Below are positions 46,764-55,451 of a DNA stretch of 64,000 nucleotides, in pieces. Source of the stretch: Ancalomicrobiaceae bacterium (GTDB lineage: Bacteria > Pseudomonadota > Alphaproteobacteria > Rhizobiales > Ancalomicrobiaceae); NCBI GenBank assembly GCA_031291595.1, contig JARLIU010000221.1:12558-76557 (forward strand), read 5' to 3'. Both the position numbers and the translations under genes were made by a program. A model generated the notes under the pieces. The model had not been told where the DNA came from. It made no database searches and saw nothing but the letters and a program-made list of their open reading frames with translations. Numbering within the stretch: the stretch's first letter is position 1; the number at the start of each line of letters is the position of its first letter.

Positions 46764-46889
46764 ATGAAGATCAAGAATTCGTTGAAGACGCTGAGGACGC
46801 GCCATCGTGACAATCGTCTGGTGCGCCGCAAGGGCCGTGTCTACATCATCAACAAGACCAATCCGCGCTACAAGGCGCGCCAGGGCTGA
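46764..46889 (+). CDS. rpmJ: 50S ribosomal protein L36
   Basis: Hand-translated: [41 protein letters not shown] (41 aa). This is the long Cys-less L36 form common in alphaproteobacteria. It is below the ORF-track cutoff. Confidence 0.9.
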   Translation: MKIKNSLKTLRTRHRDNRLVRRKGRVYIINKTNPRYKARQG

Positions 46890-46971
46890 CGGCTCCGGGT
46901 CACGCCGCCGCTCGCGCCGGCGTGATGGGTGTTGGCTTTGACGCGGAGGCAGGTGCCGCTATGATGCGGCC

Positions 46972-47673
46972 ATGCCATCGGTTCGATTTTGCTTGAAGCT
47001 GTTCCTGGCGCTCTGCCTGACCCTAGCCGGTCCGACGGAGCGTTTTGCCATGGGTGCCGCACCGGCAGCGGCGCGCGGCGCCGCCATCGCCGAGCCCGGC
47101 CCAGCCAATCCGCCGATAGGCAAGGCGCCGAAACTGAAGTCGCCCGCGCAGCCGACCCCGGATGAGCCGAAGCCCGAGGCGGCGCAGCCGCCGGCACCGA
47201 ATCTCGATGATCTCCTCGTCGAGCTGAAGAACGCCAAGACGGAACAAGACGCGGAATTCGTCCATACGCTCATCGACGCGATGCGGCTGGAATCGGGCAG
47301 CGATACGGTCGATCTCTTGATGTTCCGCGCCATGTCGGCGGTGGCGCACGAGGATCTGCCCCTGGCGCTCGACCTGCTCGACACGATCATCGTGATGAAG
47401 CCCGACTACGCGGAGGGCTGGAACCGGCGCGCCGCGGTGTATTTCCAGCGCAAGGACTACGCGCACGCACTCGCCGATCTGGAGGTCGTGCTGCGGCTCG
47501 AACCGCACCACGACACCGCGCTGATCGGGCTGGCCAGCATCCTCGACCAACTCGGCGACGAGAAACACGCCAGCGAGGTGCTGAAAAAGGTGCTCGACAT
47601 CTATCCGCTCAATTCCGATGTGCTTAAGAAGCTGCACGAACTCGACATGGTCCTCAACGGACGGGATCTCTGA
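46972..47673 (+). CDS. exported TPR-repeat protein
   Basis: Signal peptide MPSVRFCLKLFLALCLTLAG, a Pro/Ala-rich linker, then TPR-like text PDYAEGWNRRAAVYFQRKDYAHALADLEVVLRLEPHH. Confidence 0.7.
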   Translation: MPSVRFCLKLFLALCLTLAGPTERFAMGAAPAAARGAAIAEPGPANPPIGKAPKLKSPAQPTPDEPKPEAAQPPAPNLDDLLVELKNAKTEQDAEFVHTLIDAMRLESGSDTVDLLMFRAMSAVAHEDLPLALDLLDTIIVMKPDYAEGWNRRAAVYFQRKDYAHALADLEVVLRLEPHHDTALIGLASILDQLGDEKHASEVLKKVLDIYPLNSDVLKKLHELDMVLNGRDL

Positions 47674-47679
47674 GGGCGA

Positions 47680-48693
47680 ATGGGTCGATCGTTGGTGCGG
47701 CGGCGGATCGGAATCGGCATGTGGGTGGTCATTGCGGTGATTGCGGGCGTGGGGGCGCTGACAGCTGCTTGCGCGCTCTACACGGCGATCGAAACCCAGC
47801 GCATCGAGGCCCGCTACCCACCCGTCGGCAGATACGCCCGCGTCGGCGGACTCACGCTGCACTATGTCGAGATCCCGGCCGAGGATGCGGATGCGCCGGC
47901 GGTTCTGTTCGTCCACGGCGCCAGCGGCAACCTCCGCGATCCAATGCTGGCTTTCGCCAGCCGCTTCTCCGGTCGCTACCGTCTGCTGTTCGTCGACAGG
48001 CCCGGCCACGGCTATTCGACCCGCGGCGCTGAACCGATGTCGGCACCGGCTGCGCAGGCCGAGGTGATCTATCGGCTCGCCGCGCAACTGGGCGTCGGCC
48101 GGGCCATCGTCGTCGGCCATTCCTGGGGCGCGGCAGTTGCGGCCGCCTACGCCGTGCAGCATCCAGCAGCCGTCGCCGGGCTGATGCTGATCACGCCGGC
48201 GACCCATCCGTGGCCGGGCGGGGTCGAATGGTACTATCGGCTGGTGAGGAAGCCGGTGATCGGGCCGCTGTTCCTCCGGACCTTCGTCGTGCCGGTCGGC
48301 GAATGGATGATGGCAGCGTCGGTGACAAGCGTCTTCGCTCCGGCGGCGGTGCCACCGGGCTACATCGAACGGGCCGGCATCGCGCTGGTGCTGCGCCCGG
48401 ACGAATTCGCCGCCAACGCCGAGGACGTGGTCGACTTGAAGGACAATGTCACGGCCTTCGCACCGCGTTACGCCGAGATCACGTCGCCGACGGTGATCGT
48501 CTCGGGCGAGAGCGACACCGTCGTGTTGCCCAGCGTGCACGCCGAAGCGCTGGCACGGCAGATCCGTGGCGCGCGCATCATCCGGATCGATGACACCGGC
48601 CATATGCCGCAGTTCACCCACGCGGCGGTGGTCGCTGCAGCGATCGAGGATCTGGCAGAGCGCTCGCGCCTCCATCAACTGGCGGCGCGTTGA
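47680..48693 (+). CDS. alpha/beta-fold hydrolase with N-terminal membrane anchor
   Basis: VLFVHGASGN, DRPGHGYS, nucleophile elbow VVGHSWGAAVA, and C-terminal DTGHMPQ. Confidence 0.8.
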   Translation: MGRSLVRRRIGIGMWVVIAVIAGVGALTAACALYTAIETQRIEARYPPVGRYARVGGLTLHYVEIPAEDADAPAVLFVHGASGNLRDPMLAFASRFSGRYRLLFVDRPGHGYSTRGAEPMSAPAAQAEVIYRLAAQLGVGRAIVVGHSWGAAVAAAYAVQHPAAVAGLMLITPATHPWPGGVEWYYRLVRKPVIGPLFLRTFVVPVGEWMMAASVTSVFAPAAVPPGYIERAGIALVLRPDEFAANAEDVVDLKDNVTAFAPRYAEITSPTVIVSGESDTVVLPSVHAEALARQIRGARIIRIDDTGHMPQFTHAAVVAAAIEDLAERSRLHQLAAR

Positions 48694-48807
48694 TATCCGC
48701 TCGCCCGGACGATTAACTCAAATTCGGATTACCCAGGCGGGCTGAAACGCGACCGCGGCCGGGGATGCCATCTCGCCCGGCCGCGGTCGTGAACGCTCAG
48801 CGGACGA

Positions 48808-50247
48808 TCACTCGGCGGCGCCGGGCGCCGGGACCTGCGCGATGCGCAGCATGTTGGTCGTGCCGGTGAAGCCGAACGGGACGCCGGCCGAGATGATGAT
48901 CTTCTGACCCTCGCTGGCGAAGCCTTCATCGCGCGCCACTTTGGTCGCCTTCTCCACCATGTCGTCGACGTCACGGGCGTCTTCCGAGATGACGACCGGG
49001 TGCATGCCCCACAACAGGCACATGCGGCGGGCCATGGTCAGATCGGGCGACAGGCCGATCAGCTGCGACATCGGGCGTTCGCGCGCCACACGCCGGCCGG
49101 TGGTCCCGCCCTTGGTGAAGCAGACGATGGCAGCAAGGTTCAAGGTCTCGGTGATCTGGCGGGCGGCGGCGGCAATGGCGCCGCCGGAGGTCGGCTCGAT
49201 GTCGGCGCGGTAGCGTTGGACGAGGCTCGGATAGTCGGGATCGCGCTCGACCTCCTCGGCGATGGAATTCATCATCGCCACGGCCTCGACCGGATATTTG
49301 CCGGCGGCCGATTCGGCCGACAGCATGACGGCGTCGGCGCCTTCGAACACGGCGGTCGACACGTCGGAGACCTCGGCGCGGGTCGGCACCGGGGCGACGA
49401 TCATGCTCTCCAGCATCTGGGTGGCGACGACGACGGGCTTGCCGACGCGACGGCAGAGCCGGATCATCTGCTTCTGCAGGCCAGGAACCCGTTCGGGCGG
49501 AATTTCGACGCCGTGGTCGCCACGCGCCACCATCAGCGCGTCGGCCCTGGCAATGATCTCGGGCAGGCGATCGATCGCCTGCGGCTTCTCGATCTTGGCG
49601 AGAATGCCGACGCTATTGCCGGCGACGGCGCGCACCTCGTCGATGTCGTCCGGGCGCTGCACGAAGGACAAGGCGATCCAGTCGACCGATTGGGCGAGCG
49701 CGGCGACGAGGTCGGCGCGATCTTTCTCGGTCAGGGCGCCGATCGGCAGTTCGGTGTCGGGCAGGCTGACGCCCTTGCGATCGGACAGCCGGCCGGCCAC
49801 CTCGACTTCGGTGACGATCGTCTGTGGCTCCGGCTTCGCCGTGCAGCGCAGGCGCATCTTGCCGTCGTCGAGCAACAGCCGATGGCCGGGCTGAACCGAT
49901 TCCAGGATTTCCGGATGCGGCAGGTGCACGCGATGGGAATCGCCCGCTGCCGGATTGCCGTCGAGGATGAAGGATTGACCGATTTCCAGTTCCGCCGGGC
50001 CGTCGGCGAAGGTGCCGACGCGCAATTTCGGCCCCTGCAGGTCGGCAAGGATGGCGATCGGGCGCTCGACCTTGGCTTCGACGCCGCGAATGAGAGACAC
50101 GAGTTCGGCGAGCCGCTGATGGTTGGTATGGCTCATGTTGATGCGAAACACGTCCGCGCCGGCACGGTACAGTTTCTCGATCATGTCTGCATCGCCCGAA
50201 GCGGGGCCAAGCGTAGCAAGGATTTTGACGCGTCTGTTACGCCGCAT
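48808..50247 (-). CDS. pyk: pyruvate kinase
   Basis: 479 aa. RRVKILATLGPAS, FRINMSHT, DLQGPKLRVG, MVARGD.GVEIP, ATQMLESM. Confidence 0.9.
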   Translation of the reverse strand: MRRNRRVKILATLGPASGDADMIEKLYRAGADVFRINMSHTNHQRLAELVSLIRGVEAKVERPIAILADLQGPKLRVGTFADGPAELEIGQSFILDGNPAAGDSHRVHLPHPEILESVQPGHRLLLDDGKMRLRCTAKPEPQTIVTEVEVAGRLSDRKGVSLPDTELPIGALTEKDRADLVAALAQSVDWIALSFVQRPDDIDEVRAVAGNSVGILAKIEKPQAIDRLPEIIARADALMVARGDHGVEIPPERVPGLQKQMIRLCRRVGKPVVVATQMLESMIVAPVPTRAEVSDVSTAVFEGADAVMLSAESAAGKYPVEAVAMMNSIAEEVERDPDYPSLVQRYRADIEPTSGGAIAAAARQITETLNLAAIVCFTKGGTTGRRVARERPMSQLIGLSPDLTMARRMCLLWGMHPVVISEDARDVDDMVEKATKVARDEGFASEGQKIIISAGVPFGFTGTTNMLRIAQVPAPGAAE

Positions 50248-50260
50248 ATTCGATCTCCTG

Positions 50261-50306
50261 GAGCATGTTCCATTCAGATCGCTGCCGATCTGAATGGAAC
50301 ATGCTC
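50261..50306. repeat. perfect 21-bp inverted repeat with 4-nt loop, 13 nt upstream of the pyk start codon
   Basis: gagcatgttccattcagatcg-ctgc-cgatctgaatggaacatgctc. The arms are exact reverse complements (checked base by base). Confidence 0.95.
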
Positions 50307-50463
50307 AAGCCATTGGATCTGGAGCATCGCCTCGATCGATCAGACAGGACTGTCCGATCGGGAAATGCCCTAAGGAAGCAGCCCCTATTTATCCGCGTCG
50401 GCGTCGTAGCGACAGCGAAAATTGTGCGACGATTTGGATTTGGCGGATTTCGGCGACGCAAGG

Positions 50464-50961
50464 TCAGTTGTTCTGGCCGATGCCAGCTCGTCCCGGTTCG
50501 GTCAATTGCACGGTCCAGTTATGCTGATCGCCGGTATCGATCTCGAAAAACCCGGTGCGCTCGAAACCGCGCTTGATGCAATCTTCTATACCTTTGATCG
50601 TAAATGTTTTTTCTTGAGTGCACATGAATGAGCGACCGCTCCATTCGCCGCCGCGGTCGTAGTCTATGGCATAGAGATAGTAGTAGCGGGAGACCAGGGT
50701 GCCGGCGAGCAGCGTCTCGCAGGAGGCGGCGGGCAGGTTCCACCAGCCTTCCGAGGTCCAGGCTTCGCTGTTCTTGTAGCCGACGGCAATGCCGATGCGG
50801 CTCGAGGTCTTGTTGCAGATCCTGAGGTCGGCCGAGGCGGGCGAGACGAAACAGACACTCGCGAGCATGCCGAGCGCCAGGGCGGCAGACGGCATCAACC
50901 CTGTAACAGAGCTGCGGGACGCGGTGCTGATGCGGTGTTCGAGCTGAGGGGTCGACATCAT
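50464..50961 (-). CDS. DUF1036-family exported protein
   Basis: Lies within ORF 50464..51180. LRICNKTSSRIGIAVGYKNSEAWTSEGWWNLPAASCETLLAGTLVSRYYYLYAIDY is the DUF1036 signature as I know it. The start is at MMSTPQ (50961) or MPSAALALGML (50895). Confidence 0.75.
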   Translation of the reverse strand: MMSTPQLEHRISTASRSSVTGLMPSAALALGMLASVCFVSPASADLRICNKTSSRIGIAVGYKNSEAWTSEGWWNLPAASCETLLAGTLVSRYYYLYAIDYDRGGEWSGRSFMCTQEKTFTIKGIEDCIKRGFERTGFFEIDTGDQHNWTVQLTEPGRAGIGQNN

Positions 50962-51176
50962 TGTTTTCGGTTCAGATCTTACCGGTCTGTCGAGGTGCGG
51001 CCCGTCTGGACAGCGACAGAGTTGTCCTTTCGCGGTGCCGCTGTCAATGTTGGCAGCGGAAAACGTCAATTTCCCCGGTACAGTCGCTTCACGATTGCGG
51101 CAGCAAATGGGCAAGCGGCAGCCGGAGCGGACGCTGCCGGAGCCAGATTGCCGTTGGTCGTCGGGATTCGGCCCCA

Positions 51177-52076
51177 TCAACTGCGCGGCCGCGCGATCCA
51201 GATGCCGGCCAGGATGGCAGCGCCGCCGGTGAATTGCCAGACGGTCAGCGTCTCGTGGAAGATCAGCCAGCCGAAGAAGGCGGCGAACAGCGCTTCGAGG
51301 AAAATGACGAGCGAGGAGAAGGCCGCCGACAGGTGGCCGAGCGCATAGGCGAGCAGCCCCTGGCCGCCGAGGTGGCTGACGAAGGCAAGCGCCACCAGTG
51401 CGGCAAAGCCGAACAGGGTGACGGGAACGAGCACGTGCTCGCTCAGCAGCGCGACGGCGCCCAGCACGATCGCGGTGATCAGCGTCGAGCGGAACAAGAT
51501 GACGCCGCCGCCCGCCTGCCGCCGCGCCACCCGTACGGTAAGGAAATACAGGCCGAAGAACACCGAGGTCGCCAGCCCGTAAAGGTCACCCAGCAGCCGG
51601 CCCGGCGCGCCGAGCCAGGAGGCGCCCACCAGCATGCCGCCGCCGGCCAGACACAGCGCCAGACCGGCAACCGTCGCCGCCGCCACCGGCTCGCCGATGA
51701 ACAGGCCGGAGAACAGCGCTACCCACACCGGCGCCAGCGTCGCCAACAGCGTGGCATCGGCCATGGTGGTGTTGAGGATCGCCAGATGCCAGAAGAACAG
51801 GTCGCCGGCGAAGAACACGCCGGAGAGCAGGATCGCCCGCGTCCACCCCGGATCGGGCTTGGCATCCGGCCGCCGCGCTTCGAGCCGCACCCACAGCCAG
51901 AGCGCCGGCAGCGCCAGGAACACCCGGTAGAAGGCGCTGGTGAACGGGCCGACGTCCGCCTCGCGCACGAACACCGGCGAGATGCCCATGGTCATGGCGC
52001 CGAGGACCAGCGCGCCGAGCGCCATCATCTCGGCCCGGTCGTAGAGCCGGGATGTCTTCGGCAATGTCTCGGTCAT
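51177..52076 (-). CDS. DMT-superfamily (EamA-like) transporter
   Basis: 299 aa with ten hydrophobic segments in two similar halves. Confidence 0.8.
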   Translation of the reverse strand: MTETLPKTSRLYDRAEMMALGALVLGAMTMGISPVFVREADVGPFTSAFYRVFLALPALWLWVRLEARRPDAKPDPGWTRAILLSGVFFAGDLFFWHLAILNTTMADATLLATLAPVWVALFSGLFIGEPVAAATVAGLALCLAGGGMLVGASWLGAPGRLLGDLYGLATSVFFGLYFLTVRVARRQAGGGVILFRSTLITAIVLGAVALLSEHVLVPVTLFGFAALVALAFVSHLGGQGLLAYALGHLSAAFSSLVIFLEALFAAFFGWLIFHETLTVWQFTGGAAILAGIWIARPRS

Positions 52077-52308
52077 CGGGCGGTCTCGGAGCGGCGGGGA
52101 AGCGGATCAGCCTGCAACGGGCCCACTCCTATCGCGTCCGGGCGCGTGGTCAAAGCCCCGGTGCCGGTGGCAAGACGCGCGTCGGGCGCGCGGCTCGCGC
52201 GTTCATTGGCCTGTCGGCCGAAAACCGCCCCCAGCCCGCTGACGCGCCTCTGCCGCCGGCGCGGTCCGGCCAGCCGCATGGCTTCGCGGTTGCTGCAGGT
52301 CCTCCCTG

Positions 52309-53241
52309 TTGACCGGCGCCGGCGAACCGGCCCACAATCGATATTCCGTTCCAGCCCATAGCCCGTGCCAATTGACCGAGACGCCGCCGTTGAGCCAACC
52401 GTCGACCGCCGACCCATCCCCCCGACCGTCCGCACCACAGGAGGCCCAATTCCAGCCGTTCCGGCGGATTGACGGGGCTACGGCGAGCGGCCTGCTCATC
52501 GTTGCCGACCATGCCTCAAACGCGCTGCCGGCCGACTATGGCACGCTCGGACTGCCGCCAGCCGAACTCGCCCGCCATATCGCCTATGACATCGGCGTCG
52601 GGCCGCTGACGGAGGCGCTGGCCGCACGGCTCGGCTGTCCGGCGGTGCTTGCCGGCTTCTCGCGGCTGCTGATCGACCCCAACCGCGGCGACGATGATCC
52701 GACGCTGATCATGCGGATTTCCGACGGCGCGGTGGTGCCCGGCAACGCCGGCGTCGGGCCGCAGGAGCGGGCGTGCCGGCTCAAACGCTTCTGGCAGCCG
52801 TACAGCAACGCGATCGAGGCGGCGATCGATGCCGGCTTCGTCGACCGGCAGCCGCCGATCCTCGTCTCGCTGCACAGTTTCACCCCGGTGTGGCGCGGCT
52901 GGCCGCGGCCGTGGCATTGCGGCATCCTGTGGGACAACGATCCGCGGCTGCCGCAGGCGCTGCTGGCGCGGCTCGCAGCCGATCCCGCCCTGGTCGTCGG
53001 CGACAACGAGCCCTACGGCGGCGCCCTCAGCGGCGACACGATGTTCCGCCATGCCACCAGCCGGGGTCTGGCGCATGCGATCATCGAGATCCGGCAGGAT
53101 CTGCTGGCGGACGATGCCGGCATCGCGGAATGGACCGAACGGCTGGCGCCGATGCTCGGCGAGCTTGCCGGAGACACAGAGATGCACGACATCAGGATGT
53201 ATGGATCGCGCACCGGACCGGTGCCGGCGCTCGGGAGCTGA
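52309..53241 (+). CDS. N-formylglutamate amidohydrolase family protein
   Basis: LLIVADHASNALP, SRLLIDPNR, VSLHSFTP, HAIIEIRQDL. The ORF opens with TTG. The true start is uncertain (another in-frame TTG at 52372). Confidence 0.75.
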   Translation: MTGAGEPAHNRYSVPAHSPCQLTETPPLSQPSTADPSPRPSAPQEAQFQPFRRIDGATASGLLIVADHASNALPADYGTLGLPPAELARHIAYDIGVGPLTEALAARLGCPAVLAGFSRLLIDPNRGDDDPTLIMRISDGAVVPGNAGVGPQERACRLKRFWQPYSNAIEAAIDAGFVDRQPPILVSLHSFTPVWRGWPRPWHCGILWDNDPRLPQALLARLAADPALVVGDNEPYGGALSGDTMFRHATSRGLAHAIIEIRQDLLADDAGIAEWTERLAPMLGELAGDTEMHDIRMYGSRTGPVPALGS

Positions 53242-53244
53242 GAC

Positions 53245-53550
53245 ATGAGCGAACTCGACGACAAGACCCGCCTCGAGTTGGAGGCGGCGGTGTTCCGGCG
53301 GCTGCTGGCGCATCTCGACCAGCGCAGCGACGTGCAGAACATCGATTTGATGAATCTTGCCGGCTTCTGCCGCAACTGCCTCGCCAATTGGTATCTCGAG
53401 GCGGCGGAGGCGCGGCAACTGCCGGTGAGCAAGGCCGACAGCCGCCAGGTCGTCTACGGCATGCCGTACGAGGACTGGAAGACCAGGCACCAGCGCGCGG
53501 CGAGTGCCGATCAACTCACCGCCTTCGAGACGGTGAAGCCGCAGCACTGA
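53245..53550 (+). CDS. DUF1244-family protein
   Basis: LEAAVFRRLLAHLDQRSDVQNIDLMNLAGFCRNCLANWY matches the DUF1244 pattern from memory. Confidence 0.75.
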   Translation: MSELDDKTRLELEAAVFRRLLAHLDQRSDVQNIDLMNLAGFCRNCLANWYLEAAEARQLPVSKADSRQVVYGMPYEDWKTRHQRAASADQLTAFETVKPQH

Positions 53551-53784
53551 CGGCGCACGGCACGCATCGCCCGGGCGCTTCGCCCCTCGCCCGTGGCCCG
53601 TTTCGCCCGGCCCTGTTGCCCATGCGCCGGCGGCAATGGATTTCTGTGGGGGAAACCGGCCGGTCGCGCCGGACAGATGCCTTGACCCCGCGGGTCGGAT
53701 GAGTCTTGATCGCCTACCCCATTTGCCCTGCCGCAAGCGGACGGCGGGCATCGCGTCGTTTGTGGATTTCTGGAGCGCAGTCCC

Positions 53785-54054
53785 ATGGAAGGTCCGGCCG
53801 GCGTCACTGCCGATCAGTTGAAGCAGTTCGTGGAGCGCATCGAGCGCCTAGAAGAAGAGAAGCAGTCGATTGCCGACGATATCAAGGATGTCTACGCCGA
53901 AGCCAAGGCGAATGGCTACGATACAAAGATCCTGAAGCAGGTGATCAAGATCCGCAAGCAGGATAAGTCCGAGCGGGAAGAGCAGGAGGCGCTGCTTGAT
54001 CTCTACCTTGCCGCGCTCGGCATGATCCTGTCGCCGGGCGGCTCGGCGGAATAA
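53785..54054 (+). CDS. gapR: GapR (DUF2312/UPF0335) nucleoid-associated protein
   Basis: [69 protein letters not shown] is near-collinear with Caulobacter GapR as I remember it. Confidence 0.85.
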   Translation: MEGPAGVTADQLKQFVERIERLEEEKQSIADDIKDVYAEAKANGYDTKILKQVIKIRKQDKSEREEQEALLDLYLAALGMILSPGGSAE

Positions 54055-54203
54055 TCTGCAAAAATGATCGGAAATTGTCGGCGCTCGTTGCAGCAGCGGC
54101 GGCCATGTGGGGTATTGCGCAGATCATTTTGTCACTTTCTTAGGGTCCGCGTGCTTAACCTCGGCTGAATTCGCTTTGGCACACTTCGGACGCCACGCTG
54201 CTC

Positions 54204-55295
54204 ATGCCGGAATCCTCGCTGGTCGAACTTGTCAGGCAAACCGCGTCCGGGAATCGGCGTGATGTGCTGCTTGCCGTCGCCCGACTGTTTGCCGGTCGTG
54301 CCGACGTCTATTCGGAGCGCGAACTGGAGCTGTTCGGCGATGTCATCGGCCGGCTGCTCGACCGGGAAGCGTTGGCCGATCGTCTGGTCGTGTCGCAGCT
54401 GGTCGCTTCGATCGAGCGGACGCCGCGCGATCTGGCCCTGAAGCTCGCCGGCGATCAGGCCGTGGTCGCCGCGCCGGTGCTCGAACAGTCGCCGGTGCTG
54501 ACCGCATCCGATCTGATCGGGCTGGCCTCGACGATGGGCCAGGATCATCTGCTCGCCATTTCCCGCCGCAAGGAACTGCCGACGCTGGTCAGCGACGTCA
54601 TCGTGGTGCGCGGCAACATGGGGGTGCACGCCAGCGTCGCCGCCAATCCCGGCGCCCGGCTGTCGCCGGACAGCTTCGCCCGGCTGGCGTTCAAGGCGAA
54701 ATCGATGCCCGGCCTGTCGGACGCCTTGTCCAGCCGCCCCGACCTGCCGCACACCGTCGCGGAAAGCCTGATGCCGTTCTCCAGTCCGCAGGCACGCCAG
54801 CGGCTGGAGCGCGTGCTGGCGCTCAAGCCGGAGATCTCGGACGACGACATCGTGGCCGAGGTCATGAGCCTGATCGACACGCCGCGCCCGGAGCAGACGC
54901 GATCGCGCGCCGAAGTCCGGGCCCTGGTGTCGGACATCCGCTTCGGCCGCACGTCGCTCGAAGCGGGCCTGCGCCAGCTGACCGCGGCGCGGCGCCTGAC
55001 CGACATCTCGGTATTTCTCGCCGATCTGGCGCTGCTGAAGGAATCCTACGTCTCGAACGTGCTGCACAAGGTGAATGCCGTCGGCATTGGCCTCGTCTGT
55101 CGCTCGCTCCGGATCAGCGCCGAGGATTATGCCGCGCTGTCGCAGCTGCGCTGCGAAAAGCTCAAGCTGCCGATTTCGCATGCGGATGCGATGATGCGCG
55201 AATATAGCCAGATCACCACGACGAGTGCCGAACGGGCGCTGCGCTATCATCGGCTGCACAACGCGGCCAGCGTCATCGCCTTCGACGCGATCTGA
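54204..55295 (+). CDS. DUF2336-family protein
   Basis: 363-aa helical-repeat text. Assignment is by overall resemblance to alphaproteobacterial DUF2336 proteins (memory only). Confidence 0.6.
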   Translation: MPESSLVELVRQTASGNRRDVLLAVARLFAGRADVYSERELELFGDVIGRLLDREALADRLVVSQLVASIERTPRDLALKLAGDQAVVAAPVLEQSPVLTASDLIGLASTMGQDHLLAISRRKELPTLVSDVIVVRGNMGVHASVAANPGARLSPDSFARLAFKAKSMPGLSDALSSRPDLPHTVAESLMPFSSPQARQRLERVLALKPEISDDDIVAEVMSLIDTPRPEQTRSRAEVRALVSDIRFGRTSLEAGLRQLTAARRLTDISVFLADLALLKESYVSNVLHKVNAVGIGLVCRSLRISAEDYAALSQLRCEKLKLPISHADAMMREYSQITTTSAERALRYHRLHNAASVIAFDAI

Positions 55296-55451
55296 CACTT
55301 CGCCCCGGCCAGTGCGAACCGGCTTTCGGTTCACGCGATGCGACCCTCTCACCCCGGAGTTCGACGTCGCCGCGCCGGTCCTGGTCGGCGGTCGGGCCAG
55401 ATATCTTTGCCTTGGCAGACGTGCTGTCTTCGCCTGTCGCGGCCGACCGGC

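Noticed and set aside
47023-48678. 551-aa minus-strand ORF opposite the TPR and hydrolase genes
   Set aside because: Shadow ORF spanning two well-supported plus-strand genes.
50252-50327. Target-site duplication marking the pyk palindrome as a MITE
   Set aside because: The partial direct repeat (gatctcctggagcat / gatctggagcat) is imperfect and not flush with both ends of the palindrome. It is kept only as a note within the palindrome finding.
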